A stretch of 64,000 bases of DNA, taken from assembly GCF_006345805.1 (NCBI RefSeq), contig NC_043013.1, positions 53,444,001 through 53,508,000 of the forward strand. Reading direction: 5' to 3'. Within the stretch, counting starts at the first letter, position 1; each line of letters opens with the position of its first letter. This stretch comes from Octopus sinensis. Lineage: Eukaryota. Positions 13,200-24,958 of this stretch are shown one piece after another. The translations under genes and the position numbers were made by a program. Under the pieces are notes generated by a model that saw only the letters and a list, made by a program, of their open reading frames with translations, was not told the DNA's origin and did no database searches.

Positions 13200-15900
13200 A
13201 CACCACCCACACACACCCACCCACCTACCTCCCACACGCTTTCACACACACACATACGTAGACCCATCTACGTACATACATTCACACATTTAATCACACA
13301 CACTTATAGACATACATGCACACACTACATACAACCCAACAACGCACATACACACACACATACCTACATACACACACACATACATACTTACACACACACA
13401 CACACACAGACATACATACACACATACATACACACATACATACGCACATACATACACACACACTCACACACACACGCCGCACGTACATACTTCACACACA
13501 CACACATGCACACATACATGTAGGCACACACATACATACATACCCACACATGCACACCCTTACACTGAATGCACACACACATACACCTTTTTGCATCCAG
13601 GCAGCCCCCCCTCTTTTCTGCTTTCCGGTTTTGGCTGATGGATCCTCGGTTCCCGCGTAGCGGGGCGTTCGAGGGCCTTTGCGCTCGCGCGCCTTGGCGC
13701 GCGCTGGGGGCTTGGTCGGCCCCTTGGGCTTGCGTTGTACTGCTTGCGCGTTGTGTGCGTGAGCGCGCTTCGTGTGTGTGGGCTTGCTTCGGATGTGCGC
13801 GTGCGTATGTATGCATACATACCCACACACTCGCATGCATCCCTACCCACATACATACACGCACCACCTACTCACAACACACACACATCACACACACACA
13901 TACCCGCACACACACACATACATACATACACACACATACCTACTTCAGACATACACACACACAGACATACACCCATACACTCACACTCACACGCATACAC
14001 ACACACATACACACGCACACGTACACATACACATACACACACCACACCTACATACATACATTACACTTGCACACACACACTTACATTCATACACACACAC
14101 ACCTACACAGCCATACCCTCACTCATACACACACACCTACCTACACATACACACTACCTACCACACACACACAAACACACGACACACACCCCTACATACA
14201 TACATCTACACACATACACACCTACACACATACACACACATACATAAACACACACACATACACATACACACACATACGCACACACACATATACTTATACA
14301 CATGCACACACACACACATACATACATACACCCATACACATACACACACACATACCTACATACTCCTATACGCACATACATACACACAGACATACACACA
14401 CACATACTTACACACACACTCACCTGCACGCGCACACACATGCATGACAAACACCCATACACTCACACTCACGTACGCACACACCAACATAAACACGCAC
14501 ACGCACACACACACCTACACTCCCACACACATACACACGCACCTACATACACACACGCACGCATACACACGCACACACACGCATACACACATACATCACA
14601 CACGTACACAACACCTACATACACATGCATACACAACACACACACAACATGCACGGACACACACCCATACATACATCACCTATATACACACGCCCACACC
14701 CTACATACACACCATATACACACGCCCACACACCTACATACACACACATACATACACACACATACACGGACACACCCATACATACTTACATACATACACC
14801 TATACACACACGCCTACACACCTACATCACACACATGCATACACACACACATGTACGCACATACACACCACATATAGCGCACATACATATATACCCACAC
14901 ATATGCACACACACACACATACGCACATGCATGCATGCATGCACACGCGCACACCTACACGCATACACACACCACACGCACGTACACATACATACATACA
15001 CACACACATACACACACCCATACACATACATGCATCCTACACACACATACATACACACTCACACATACATACACACACACACTCACTCACACACACCTGT
15101 ATGTACGCGCACACACATGCACATACACACACTTCCACACACCCACACGTACATACATACACACTCATACACATATACACACACACACCGGACATACATC
15201 TATGCACACACATATATACACACATACTCACATACATTTCATCGGACACACTGACACCCAGACCACACACAGACACACTCACACATCCACACACCATACA
15301 CACTTACGCGCATACTCGCAGGCGCGCGCACACAAGCGCTTGCGCCGGTTCGCGCACGCATACGCGCCGCATGCACCTCGCTCTTGGACCCGACGAGGCT
15401 CTCCCGCTCGTTCCTGGGACCGTCGCTTGGCGTTGGGTTTTCCCACGCCCGTCTCCGCGGGACCACTCTTCCATCTTCCCCTCAGCTGGAGTCCTTTTTC
15501 CTTAACCCCCCCTTTTTTGTTACACACCGCGCGCACACATATACACACTTGCTTAATATATACATTACTCTACACACACATTCAATCTACTCGCCATTAA
15601 TACTACCACGACACTGGACACACACACACACTACTACTCAACACACGCTGGCACGCTACATACGCCCCCACCCCTCCCCCTCCCTCCCTCCTCCTTCCTT
15701 CTTTTTCTTACTCCTCTACTATTTACGACCAGTGCCTTATGCCTACCACTGCCTCGCCCTACACCTCACACCGCCTACACACGACGCACACACTAACACA
15801 TACATATATTTTTTGTTTTTTTATCTCGCCTCACACACACATACACACACCACACACGCACACACTCACACATACACACACATCTGTTTCGTTACCAACC
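13200..15900 (+). repeat. Degenerate (CA/CATA)n tract forming the element's 3' UTR, with two GC-rich islands
   Basis: Lies between ORF end and 3' pLTR; G-poor on + strand except ~13600-13810 and ~15305-15495. Confidence 0.9.
13624..15490 (+). ncRNA. Predicted long-range RNA duplex, arm 1 13624-13802 with arm 2 15306-15490
   Basis: Colinear antiparallel helices, e.g. gatgga/tccatc, ggttcccgcg/cgcgggacc, gagggcct/gggttttc, gggggcttggtcgg/ccgacgaggctctc, tgtgtgcgtgagc/gttcgcgcacgca, tgtgcgcgt/acgcgcata. Confidence 0.75.
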
Positions 15901-15972
15901 TTGTCTCCACTCTTTTGCCTTTAAAAACCTACTTTGCTCTTGTTATTGTTAAACTTCCGCCTTTCACCATTG

Positions 15973-16189
15973 GTAACTCGTAAACACCAGTCGTTTTTTT
16001 TTTTCTCTATCCCTGTTGCCCGCTTTGGGATCTTTCTTTCCTCTCTCTTCCTTCTTTATGTTTCCGACGAAGAGCTCCGCTCGAAACGTCATACCCTCCT
16101 GCTTCCATTTCCTGACGCCTATTAATAATAATACTGTAATTGTTCCATTGTTGTTGTTTTTTTGTTTTCCCGTTTGGATTAAAATTATA
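15973..16189 (+). repeat. 3' pseudo-LTR
   Basis: Direct repeat of 9829-10041, runs into (TA)n. Confidence 0.93.
16056..16094 (+). ncRNA. Hammerhead-like motif in 3' pLTR
   Basis: gttt-CCGACGA-agagctccgctc-GAAACGTC-atac, same core as the 5' copy. Confidence 0.65.
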
Positions 16190-16449
16190 TATATATATTA
16201 TATAATATATAATATATATATTATATAGATATATATATAATATATATGTATGTATGTATGTATATTGACTGCTGATATTTAATCCAAAGTATGCAATTTT
16301 AAAACTCAAAACCGTATAATTGAAGGCGGATAAACATTATATAAATCCTACTTGACGCTATCTTTAATAAAAACAAAGATTTATATTAAAACGCGTAACG
16401 TTTTGTTTTTGCATTCGTTTTTTTAGGTTTTGTTGCAAGACTGTATCAC

Positions 16450-18000
16450 TTCACATTATTTCACACTGACTTAACAAATTAAATAGCAATAAAAAGTAAG
16501 TTTACCGCAAAAATTGCAACAAAATAATTTACTTGAAGTGAAACTCATCCCTACGACTTCTTTGGCAAACTCTTTCCGTGAAAACCGCTTAAAATAATTT
16601 CTCGCTTTCCCTCCATTATTTTCTTCGCTTGAGAACACACCAAATTGTGCTGTTCTTTTTTCGAATTTGATGTTTTGCAGATATTTTTTATTCAATTGAA
16701 AGCAGTATAAGATCACTCAACAGTTTAAGGTATATTTGAGAAATTTAAGACGAAATTTATTAGTTTGTGTGCTTTTGAAAATCCCTTCATGCATTTCATT
16801 TTCTAATTGGTATTTAGAAAACTCTTCACTGCTTGACTATAGTTTTGTAATTGGGAGCTAAGGCCAGTAAAACGAAAACAAAGTTTACTACAGTTAGAAA
16901 TTTGAAAACTCTCTCTAGAAAAGCATTAGAAGTAGATGAATTTTTTGGAGTCTAAATTCTTCATGCTTTCCATGTGTTTCAAGTACTAGCATTCTTGAGG
17001 TGAAAGATTCATTCTTTTTCTAGAGAAAATGAGCACCACCGTTGTCATCAAACTTAGCTTCCATCATTTCTTAAATTTTGGTGAAAGTTCTTTCAGCTGT
17101 AATAAAGCTAAAAGCATTATCAGTAGATTTCCTCAAAAATATGCACAGTGAATTGAAAAGAAAAAAATGCCGGAAGATACTCGAAATGTTAAATGACATT
17201 GAAGAATTCGAGACCGGTTGAAAATCCATTTGCTTCATTTTGCGTTTTATCTTCAAAACATTAGAATTCCTGAATATTATGAAAGCGATGCTTTTCCTTT
17301 TTCTTTTTTTTTTTCTTGTCTTATTTTCCCTTAACAATTTCAGCCAATTGGAATGGCCAGCTCCATCTCGTTGGAGAATGTTTGAGAAATATATCCCGCA
17401 ATATCATAGAATAATGAAGATCTCTTGGTGGTGCTGTTAACAATAGCAACCAATTTATAAGAATATTGGGAAAAAATATTGTTTTGAGAAATGCGAAAGC
17501 AACTTTATTTTTAAAAGAAAATGATTATATGAGAATAAGTTTCGAGAATTAGTGCTTATGAAATCTGTAATTTTGAAATAACCACGATAAAGTTTGTTTT
17601 CCATGGCAGAAGTATCGTCGTACGTTCAAGCAACTAATTTCCATTAAAAAAACAAAAGCAAACAGCATAGCTCATCTGCATACTTTATAGCTAAATGCGA
17701 TGTCGGTTGAGCATCTCTATTTTCGCAAATGTAAGAACCTCCAAGAAATCTTTCACAAATTTACCATTTGTATTCTTGTACCGAACGACAGATAATTTTG
17801 TCCGTTAATATAGCAACAGGCATGCATTTGGAATCTCCCATTTAATTTGCTTAAAAAAATTGTATCATATGAAGGAACTGAGGAATTCTCTATAGTTGAT
17901 GGCAACAGTAGCAGCAGGCTATAAATTATTTTGTAATTTTTCAACAAAATCACTGACACGGAAGGTAAACTCATTATAGTTTTCCTGTTTTCTGATAAAT
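16450..18000 (-). pseudogene. Possible heavily decayed hAT-type transposase
   Basis: Fragments LKHSPTRW (~17350-17390) and VFSS...KARN (~16590-16650) loosely resemble hAT TRW and ERxFS motifs in the expected order. Confidence 0.3.
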
Positions 18001-18548
18001 CACTTTCATCGAGACAAACCGCAAAAACGCAGAGGATTCTAATTGGTCTTTATGATACGCGCACGCATACACACGTACATACACACACATACACACACAT
18101 ACATATACACACATACACACACACACACACTTTGTACGCACACATACAAACATATATATGTATATAAGCGTATATACGATTGGATCTCCGTCGGTTATGA
18201 TAGGGATTCAGTTGTTCTGTGAAATGAATATCTTAGTCATAAAATAAACCTAAAGGTGGCTGAATATTCCTCAGACATGTATGCCATTAACGTAATTCTC
18301 ATACAGAATCATTGTGGTACAGTATGTGACATGTCTATGTCTTATATTTGTCCGAGATGCGAAACAATAGAAGCGAACCTGGGACCTCGTATTATCCGCA
18401 GTGAATTCCTTAAGCGCAATTCGACACATGAACAAGCATTCACACACACAAATACACACGCATATATGTATTAACACACATACACGCATATTCATACATA
18501 TTGTGTATGTGTGTATATATCTGTGCAAGTTTGTGTGTGTGCATATGA

Positions 18549-18857
18549 AGACGCGTAGCTTAGTGGTTCAGGTATTAAACTCAAGACTGTAATATCGTGA
18601 GATCAGTTCCTGCCGGCGCGTTGTGTCCTTCAGCACGTTCTTTCTTGTCGCTCCAGCTGGCAAAAAAGAGTTGTAACCGTAATTCAAGAGATCGGCCTTG
18701 TCACATTCTTCGCGACGCTGATTCTCTCTGCGACCTTCGTCAAGAGTACTAGTGTCTATAGAGTACCCAGCCACTTGAATGTTAATTTCACGAGTAGGCT
18801 GTTCTGTTGATCGCATCAAGTGGAGCACTAATCGTTGTAACTGACGGAGTACCAGTT
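18549..18857 (+). mobile_element. Diverged tRNA-derived SINE family D
   Basis: Head gacgcgtagcttagtggttcagg..., body gttgtgtccttcagcacg...gctccagct; related head at ~30005-30230. Confidence 0.55.
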
Positions 18858-19317
18858 ATATATGTGTGTGGTATGTATGTATGTATGTATGTATGTATGT
18901 ATGTATGCATGTATGCATGCATGCATGCATGCATGTATGTGTATATATGTGTGTGTGTATATATATATATATATATACAGAGAGAGAGAGAGAAATGCAT
19001 ATTTACATACATACAGACATATTGAAATACATGTACGTGTATGAACAGATGTTTTTTTTTGTATGTTATTCATAAAAGCAGACATGAACTGAAGAACAGA
19101 GAATATTCTATTTAAATAGGAGAGAGGAGTTTGGCAATGACATCGAAATTTTGTTAGTGGTGGCACACACACACACACACACGCACACACACATACACAC
19201 ACATTCACATACACATACACATACACTCAAACACAAGCACACACACACACTCACAGACACGTAAATAATATATATGTATATGTGTAACTGTGTGTACGTA
19301 TGTGCGTCTGTGCATCA

Positions 19318-19355
<38 letters not shown>

Positions 19356-19457
19356 TGACAGAGAGAGGGAGAGAGAAGAAGTGAGTGAGTGAACGAGAGA
19401 GCTTGCATGTGTGCACATTCATCTTTCGCCGAAATATATTGGCGAGAAAAACCGATA

Positions 19458-19526
19458 TAATAATAATAATGATAATGATAACATAAGGAAGAAAACGAAA
19501 AGCAACAGCAGCAACAACAACAATAC

Positions 19527-19561
<35 letters not shown>

Positions 19562-19655
19562 TATAATAATAATAATAATAATAATATAATATAATAATAA
19601 TAATAATATTAACAATAATAATAATGATAATGATGATAATAATAATAATAATAAT

Positions 19656-19698
<43 letters not shown>

Positions 19699-19702
19699 AT
19701 AT
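19458..19702. repeat. (TAA)n/(CAA)n then (TA)n microsatellite
   Basis: Directly visible. Confidence 0.95.
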
Positions 19703-19960
19703 TATAAGTACATTAAAGGCCTCTAAAAGAAGAAGCGAGTACTAGATACACAAAAATTGGATAAATTCAATGAAATGAAAATTAAAAACGTTTACAAACT
19801 CGGTTCATCTTATATTTTTGTGTATCTAGTACTCGCTTCTTCTTTTAGAGGCCTTTAATGTACTTATATATGAATAACATATAGCCTAATACCTAAAATG
19901 TCTTTTGTGCTAGATCACCTGCAATAATAATTTATTTTATTGCCTTTTTACTATGTTATA
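19703..19960. mobile_element. Fold-back element: perfect 55-bp inverted repeat plus tail, in (TA)n
   Basis: 19703-19757 is the exact reverse complement of 19814-19868; ~90-bp tail follows. Confidence 0.75.
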
Positions 19961-19966
19961 TATATA

Positions 19967-20043
<77 letters not shown>

Positions 20044-20529
20044 CTGCAGAGTATTACAGACACCCGTTCAACACTACAAATTTGCATTAAATGATATACT
20101 GAAGAAGAGAGGTGTTAGATATTATAGTAACATCTTAAAGAGGAAGGAAAAACGAGGAATACAAAAGGAAGGAAAGTGAAACAATGCGACTGGTTAAGAG
20201 AGGAATGAAGGAGTAGCAAAAATGTGTTTGAAATAGAGACGAAAAGGTAAACAGAAAACAAAAATAAGGAGGGTGGGGTGGGGTTCGAAGACAGGAGTAA
20301 CGGAGCAACGGTGGGCTTTCTTATGTTTAACACATCAGTAAATCAATTTTGAGGTTTGTTGCTTTTTTGTTGAGATGTTTAGAAACTGGTGTCAGATTAA
20401 ATGACTTGTTTAAGCTGTAATTCATCCTCTATGCATCTGTGGTTGTTTGGATGTGTTTGGTTGTACGTGTGTTTTGTGTGTGTGCGTGTGTGTGTAATAT
20501 ACTTAAACATGTACTTATGTACATATTAT

Positions 20530-20581
<52 letters not shown>

Positions 20582-20606
20582 GTACATAAGTACATGTTTA
20601 AGTATA

Positions 20607-20638
<32 letters not shown>

Positions 20639-23019
20639 TATTTCATCTAGTTTCAGCTCACGAGATAATATATATATATATGTATACACACATATGTATA
20701 TACATGCATACACGTGTTTGTTGTGTGTGTTTCTGTGTATATGTATGTATGTGTGTGAGTGTGTGTGTGTGTGTATGTGTGTGTGTAACTGTATCCTACC
20801 CTCTGTCGGTTTCAGATCAGTGCAGGTCACCGCCCCTGATGAATGAAAATTTCAGAGCAGCGCAGTCCGGGGGAAACTAACATATTTTCTTCTCATTATT
20901 GTAATTGTAAACAATATGTGTGGCATGCCATCGTTCAACCGTCTAACCACACGTCTATGTCACACAACCATGCACACACGAACACACATGTACATACACG
21001 AACCCATGCGCACAAACATATACACAAAGACACGTCTCTCCATCACTTTCTTTCCTGCTGCCTCCCAAAAGTAGATGCGTATATATTCATTTATTTATTT
21101 GTATGTATGCATGCATACATACACTCACCCACGCATACATACACACATACATGCACACATACATACAGACATATATACTTACATATATATATACGCCTGT
21201 ACATTGAAACACGTGCACTCGAACGGGAGGTAGCATGTAGTTAGCTACGCATTTTTTTATTCTATGTATTTATTTGGTTTGAATGACATGTTTTTGATGT
21301 TCGTCGGAGTTTTTACATGTGAACAGTTCTTCAGAGGATAAAGAATGTTGATGGCGGGAAATCATGAAACTGTAAGAAATGTTTTACAGTTTTAGGATTT
21401 TGTATATTTGGAATCGGATTGCAAGAATTCATAAAGAGTCAGCGAAAATTATTCTGGCCTCTTGCGTTACGATTTCAAATGTAAATGCCATCAAGTTTAC
21501 CTCCAAATCTTCTTGGATTGATAAACAAAACAGCAGTTTAAGAAGATGGAGTGGTAGAAGCGTTAAAGCGTGGGCAGGCGCCTTTTGGTATTTATTGCAG
21601 GTCTGTAAAATCTGGGTTCAAATCGCAGTGATAACTGCTAATGTTATAGACTTATTCTAGATTCCAGTTTTACACCAACACCAGATTGGATGATTTTAGG
21701 AGAGTCGACTCCTAACAATTTGGAGCCTACGCCTGGTTTCTGGATATCTTCCTTTCCCGCCTCTCATTAGTTTTGTATGTTGTGACCCAGAGCTTTGCTT
21801 TTGGTAAGAAACACACAAAATACTTGAGCTGATGAAGAGGGACGAAATGTTCGTGGTTAGAGAGGACACAAGACCAATTACATCAGATGCGAGAACCTAA
21901 AACCAATATATAGCAACAGGAAGAGCTCCACTTACTAAACAAACAGTTCTCAACCACGGTCCGTATGGTCCTTGAAGGACCAGACAAGATTTTATTGTTA
22001 AAATTTATCTGCAACAAATTGATTGTATTTCTACATCACACAAAATATTTTAATATTTTTTAATACAATTTTTAATAATATTTAACTATAGAAACACAAA
22101 GTAATATTATTTTCAGTGAGTTGCTATGAAGATCCAGTAGAGCAAAATAGAAACCAAAAGGGCCCATAGACGGAAACTATTTTTAAACGTATGCGTGCGC
22201 ATGTAACAAACACTCAACCACAAACTTACGTATGACTAAAGAAAGATATATGGATTTCTGTGTCTCTCAAGATAAACAGTGAAAGAGTAATTATATCTCT
22301 CCCATTTAAAATGTTTTGATAATGTAAATTTGTTTTCTCCATCTGTCTGTTAGTCTGTGAGTCTGTGTAGAAAATGTTTGTATAATATAGATTTGTTTTC
22401 TCAGTTTGTCTGTCTGCTTATTTCAGCCAATATCGAACTACTGGTAGTTGGATGCGGCGGTTGTTTTGTTAACCGCGTGATTCTGGAGAACGTCTTCTGC
22501 CATTATATATATTATACATGAAATATACAATTTTTTCTTCAATCAATACAACATGTTTGTTTGTTTGTTTTCTTTTCTTTATCACATACATCGGGCAATC
22601 ATAAAAAAGACATCGCGAAACAATTAAGGAAATCATAACGCAAAATAAGTTTTTATCATTGTGTTTCTTTTTTTTTTTCCGAGACAGATTGATGGCTTAC
22701 ATGTGTTAGAATCAAACAGAAATCAGGAACCAAAAATCAATGAGCACCTTATGGCGTTATCTTTACAAAATGGCTTTAAAGAATGGTATCATAGGATTAT
22801 TTACAGAAATCAATCAATATTGATAATGTTTTAAATTCCAAACACACACCAATGGGTGTACACCAAGAAATATTCACAGATGTGTATATATGTCCGTGAG
22901 TATACATATATGTGTGTGCGTATATGTGTGTTTATGCGTCTATGTGTGTACACATTTGTGAGTAAGCATATAACTATAAATATATATGTATATATATATA
23001 TAACTATACCCCCACACAC

Positions 23020-23051
<32 letters not shown>

Positions 23052-23069
23052 TCATATATAATATCTATT

Positions 23070-23113
<44 letters not shown>

Positions 23114-23133
23114 ATTCATATATAATATCTATT

Positions 23134-23170
<37 letters not shown>

Positions 23171-23783
23171 TCATATATATCTATTTACATATATATATAT
23201 GCATATATATATGTGTGTGTGTGTGTAAATATGTATGTATGTGTGTATGTGTATATATATCTATGTTTTTCAAAAATATTTATCGTTTAAATTACACGTA
23301 TATGAGGTAAACGTGTACGTCTGGGAGTATAAATATAAATCTGTATATGTGCGTGTGCACGTGTGAGCGAATGCGTGTACATGTGTGCGTGCATCTGTGT
23401 ATATGTATGGTTTGCCATCGAAGAGAATATATTTGGGACAATCTCGTAGACGTAAGGAATTTTTTCATGTATACACGTGAATATATGTGTGTGTATATAT
23501 ATCTCTCTCTCTCTGTCTATCTATCTATATATATATACATACATATATATATATATATGTTCGCGTATATATATGTTTAAATATATATATGAACGTATAC
23601 GTGTGTATATATACAAGTATATATATATATGGTTACAAACACACACACACACATATAGTTATGTGTATAAGTGTATGCATTTTAACGTATGTATGTGTTA
23701 TCTACTTATGCGTTTATTGGTTTTGAGTACTCGCTTCACAACTGCCCACCTATTCCCTTGCACATATATAAGTGTGCTACATA

Positions 23784-23814
<31 letters not shown>

Positions 23815-24344
23815 ATATTTGTATAAATGTACGTACATATATATGCTTATAGACAGATTGAGGGATAGACAATCAGATAGATACATACATACTTACACAG
23901 ATACATATATGCATACATACTACACACATGCATATACAAATATACACACGCATACCTACTTGCAGAGTTACGTAACTACATACGTCCACCCATACTTACA
24001 CCTTTTCCTTATTGATTATTTTGTGATTATCGATAGAAATCTATTAAACAGTTTGTTGAGTGGCGGAGACCAGAAGACAGTTTTTATCGTCTCCAGATAA
24101 ACAAAAAGAAAAATGGGTAACGATAGAAATGAAAACAAAAATAAAGACAACGAAAAAAAAATAAACTATAACAATGCCGATACTACAACTACTACTACTT
24201 CTACAACAACCACTGCTGCTGCTGCTGCTGATTCTGCAGATTCTAAGGATAATCATTTCTATTATAGGCACAACGCCTGAATTTCGCTGCAGGGGCTAAT
24301 CATAAGTAATTATGAAAGTATTTCTTTCTTCTATAAACACAAGG

Positions 24345-24785
24345 CCTGTAAAATTGTGGGCGGGGGAGGGGACTAGTTAATAACATCAACTCAGTGTTTC
24401 ATCGGTACTTAATTTATCGACCGTGAAAGGATGAAAATCAAAGTCGATCTTGACGGAATTTGAACACGGAACGTAGCGGTAGACGAAATGTCGCTAAGCA
24501 TTTCACCCAGCGTGCTAACGATTCTGTCAGCTCGGCGCCTTATATATGAAAAAAATAATAATTGTAATAATAATCCTCTTATCTATATGCACAAGGCCAG
24601 CAATTTTGGAGGAGGGGGTAGTCGATGACATTAACTCCCAGCGCTCGACTGCAATTTGTTTTATCGAGTCTGAAAGGATGAAAGGCGAAACAGACCTCTG
24701 CGGTATTTGAACTCAGAACGTAAACATGGACGAAATATCGCGAAGCATTCCTCCCGGCGTGCTGACGAATCTGCCAGATCACCGC
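24345..24785 (-). mobile_element. Two tandem copies of tRNA-derived SINE family B
   Basis: Reverse complements of ggcggtgagctggcagaatcgttagcacg...gagttcaaattccgcc...ctttcatcctttc at ~24345-24540 and ~24580-24785. Confidence 0.8.
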
Positions 24786-24865
24786 CAAAATAATATTTTG
24801 GCCCAAGGCCAGCGATTTCGGGGCATGGGTATGTCAGTTGCATCACCTCCCTGTTCTGAACTTCT

Positions 24866-24903
24866 ACTACTACTACTACTACTACGACGACGACGACGAC
24901 GAC

Positions 24904-24955
<52 letters not shown>
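24866..24955. repeat. (CTA)n(CGA)n(TAA)n compound microsatellite
   Basis: Directly visible. Confidence 0.95.

Positions 24956-24958
<3 letters not shown>

Larger units (their letters stand above)
9829..16189 (+). mobile_element. Penelope-like retroelement (Neptune-like architecture), apparently full length, inserted in (TA)n
   Basis: Near-identical direct repeats 9829-10041 and 15973-16189 bracket an RT + GIY-YIG reading frame; TA tracts on both flanks. Confidence 0.93.

Noticed and set aside
13635-13680. CTGATGG and local hairpin as hammerhead or SECIS; also ccgacgagg at 15390
   Set aside because: No GAAA/NUH or AUGA-AA-GA pattern; better explained by the long-range duplex.
21826-21915. 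ctgatgaagagggacgaaa as hammerhead; likewise ctgatgaaggg at ~58020 and minus-strand ccgacgagg at ~44610
   Set aside because: Stem II and/or stem I cannot be formed; at most heavily decayed remnants.
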